DNA of 36,413 nucleotides from a virus (Duplodnaviria; Heunggongvirae; Uroviricota; Caudoviricetes): IMG/VR virus record IMGVR_UViG_2724679172_000015; one strand, 5' to 3'. Shown piece by piece: positions 35,622 to 36,413 of this stretch (position 1 is its first letter; each line of letters starts with the position of its first letter). The notes under the pieces were generated by a model. It saw only the letters and a program-made list of their open reading frames with translations, ran no database searches and was not told where the DNA came from. The position numbers and the translations under genes were made by a program.

Positions 35622-36077
35622 TTGCCTGTTGGTGTACCGGTTCCATGGCCCACCGCCACACCGCCAGCAGGCTGGTTAAAGTGCGACGGGCGCGCCTTTA
35701 CAAAAGAACAATATCCTGTTCTGGCCAGAGTCTACCCGACCCTCCGTCTTCCTGATTTACGCGGTGAGTTTATCCGTGGATGGGACGACGGGCGCAAGAT
35801 TGACGAGGGGCGTAAGTTGCTTTCATGGCAGAAAGGTACACTGGTCGGCGGTCATGACGATAACGATTCTTCGCTGGATATCTCGTACATGAGTAACGGA
35901 AATAATATTGACTATGGCGGCGATAAGGTGTTTGCGGGGAATTACCGTAGCGATTATTTGTGGTACGCAATTCTGGGTGGAACAAACAGTCGCGCAAAAG
36001 CCGAATTAAACGGAGCATTCTTTAACATAACCCGCCCCCGCAATATCGCGTTTAACTATATCGTGAGGGCGGCGTGA
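35622..36077 (+). CDS. Tail fiber distal receptor-binding cassette (phage tail-collar domain), probably TTG-initiated
   Basis: PVGVPVPWPTATPPAGWLKCDGRAF...YP.L..LPDLRGEFIRGWDDGR is the classic tail-collar motif; no ATG start; TTG at 35622 follows GGGGGAAGG by 7 nt; frame opens at 35583. Confidence 0.5.
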   Translation: MPVGVPVPWPTATPPAGWLKCDGRAFTKEQYPVLARVYPTLRLPDLRGEFIRGWDDGRKIDEGRKLLSWQKGTLVGGHDDNDSSLDISYMSNGNNIDYGGDKVFAGNYRSDYLWYAILGGTNSRAKAELNGAFFNITRPRNIAFNYIVRAA

Positions 36078-36083
36078 TACCGT

Positions 36084-36413
36084 TCAGCTGGCAAGTGCCA
36101 GTGGCGCTTCCGGCCAGCTGATTTCAGGTGCCGTGCTGATATCCAGTGCGTTCAGCTCGTCGATATAATCCAGCACGGCGTTCAGTTTTGCCGTTTCTTC
36201 TGGTGTCAGACTGCGACCAGCACGCAGTTTGAGGTTGATAAGATCGACGGACGCCATCGCCTGTTTCACCCGTTGCTGGCGTTGCTGTCTGGCAACCTCC
36301 AGTTCTGCGGCTCGCTGCCGTTCAGTATCGGTTACCCACGCCTCACCGTTCCAGGTATCCCATGGCGTGGCCGGCTGTTTTGTGGTGGTGTCCGCCGGGT
36401 AATCACCCGGTTG
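36084..36413 (-). CDS. Tail fiber assembly protein, C-terminal part (partial; N-terminus beyond window edge), inverted relative to late operon
   Basis: Minus-strand frame is open from the window edge to the stop at 36084; C-terminal pattern WNGEAWV.D....TSTAPEISWPEAP resembles Tfa/Mu U family proteins as I recall them. Confidence 0.6.
   Translation of the reverse strand, partial: QPGDYPADTTTKQPATPWDTWNGEAWVTDTERQRAAELEVARQQRQQRVKQAMASVDLINLKLRAGRSLTPEETAKLNAVLDYIDELNALDISTAPEISWPEAPLALAS

Larger units (their letters stand above)
1..36413. mobile_element. Mu-like transposable prophage segment (partial; both ends outside window)
   Basis: Co-occurrence of Ner-like, MuA-like DDE transposase, MuB-like AAA+ ATPase, Gam-like, Mor-like genes and a Mu-type head/P2-type contractile tail late operon; no terminal repeats or host genes recognisable in the window. 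Confidence 0.7.

Noticed and set aside
1-36413. CRISPR arrays, tRNA or rRNA genes, prophage terminal repeats/att sites
   Set aside because: No regularly spaced short direct repeats, no cloverleaf-like tRNA signatures noticed, and no recognisable Mu-type end sequences or host genes; prophage boundaries appear to lie outside the window.

Overview
This window is an internal segment of a Mu-like transposable prophage, probably from an enterobacterial host; neither prophage end is visible. Everything below is read by eye from the sequence and the supplied ORF track, with no database searches run. Positions 1-9003 carry a leftward early/transposition operon on the minus strand: Ner-like regulator, MuA-like DDE transposase, MuB-like ATPase, Gam-like protein, MazG-like protein and a Mor-like activator, followed by a terminator. 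At 9092-9508 a divergent repressor gene sits on the plus strand. The most interesting region is the accessory island at 9.6-13.3 kb between the immunity region and the late operon. It holds a repressor-linked two-gene module with RexA/RexB-like architecture (297-aa soluble protein plus 145-aa four-TM protein), a convergent orphan Dam-family N6-adenine methyltransferase, a small 2-TM protein, and a small P-loop protein bracketed by 14-bp direct repeats. From 13.3 kb a rightward late operon runs to the window edge: lysis cassette with embedded Rz1, terminase, portal, Mu F/G/I-like head proteins, major capsid, sheath, tube, frameshifted tail chaperone, tape measure with a 261-bp tandem duplication, P2/Mu-type baseplate genes and a repeat-containing tail fiber. 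The right edge appears to cut into a Gin/Pin-type invertible tail-fiber segment: a gix-like site, a tail-collar cassette with a non-ATG start, and an inverted tail-fiber-assembly gene. No rRNA, tRNA or CRISPR array was recognised.
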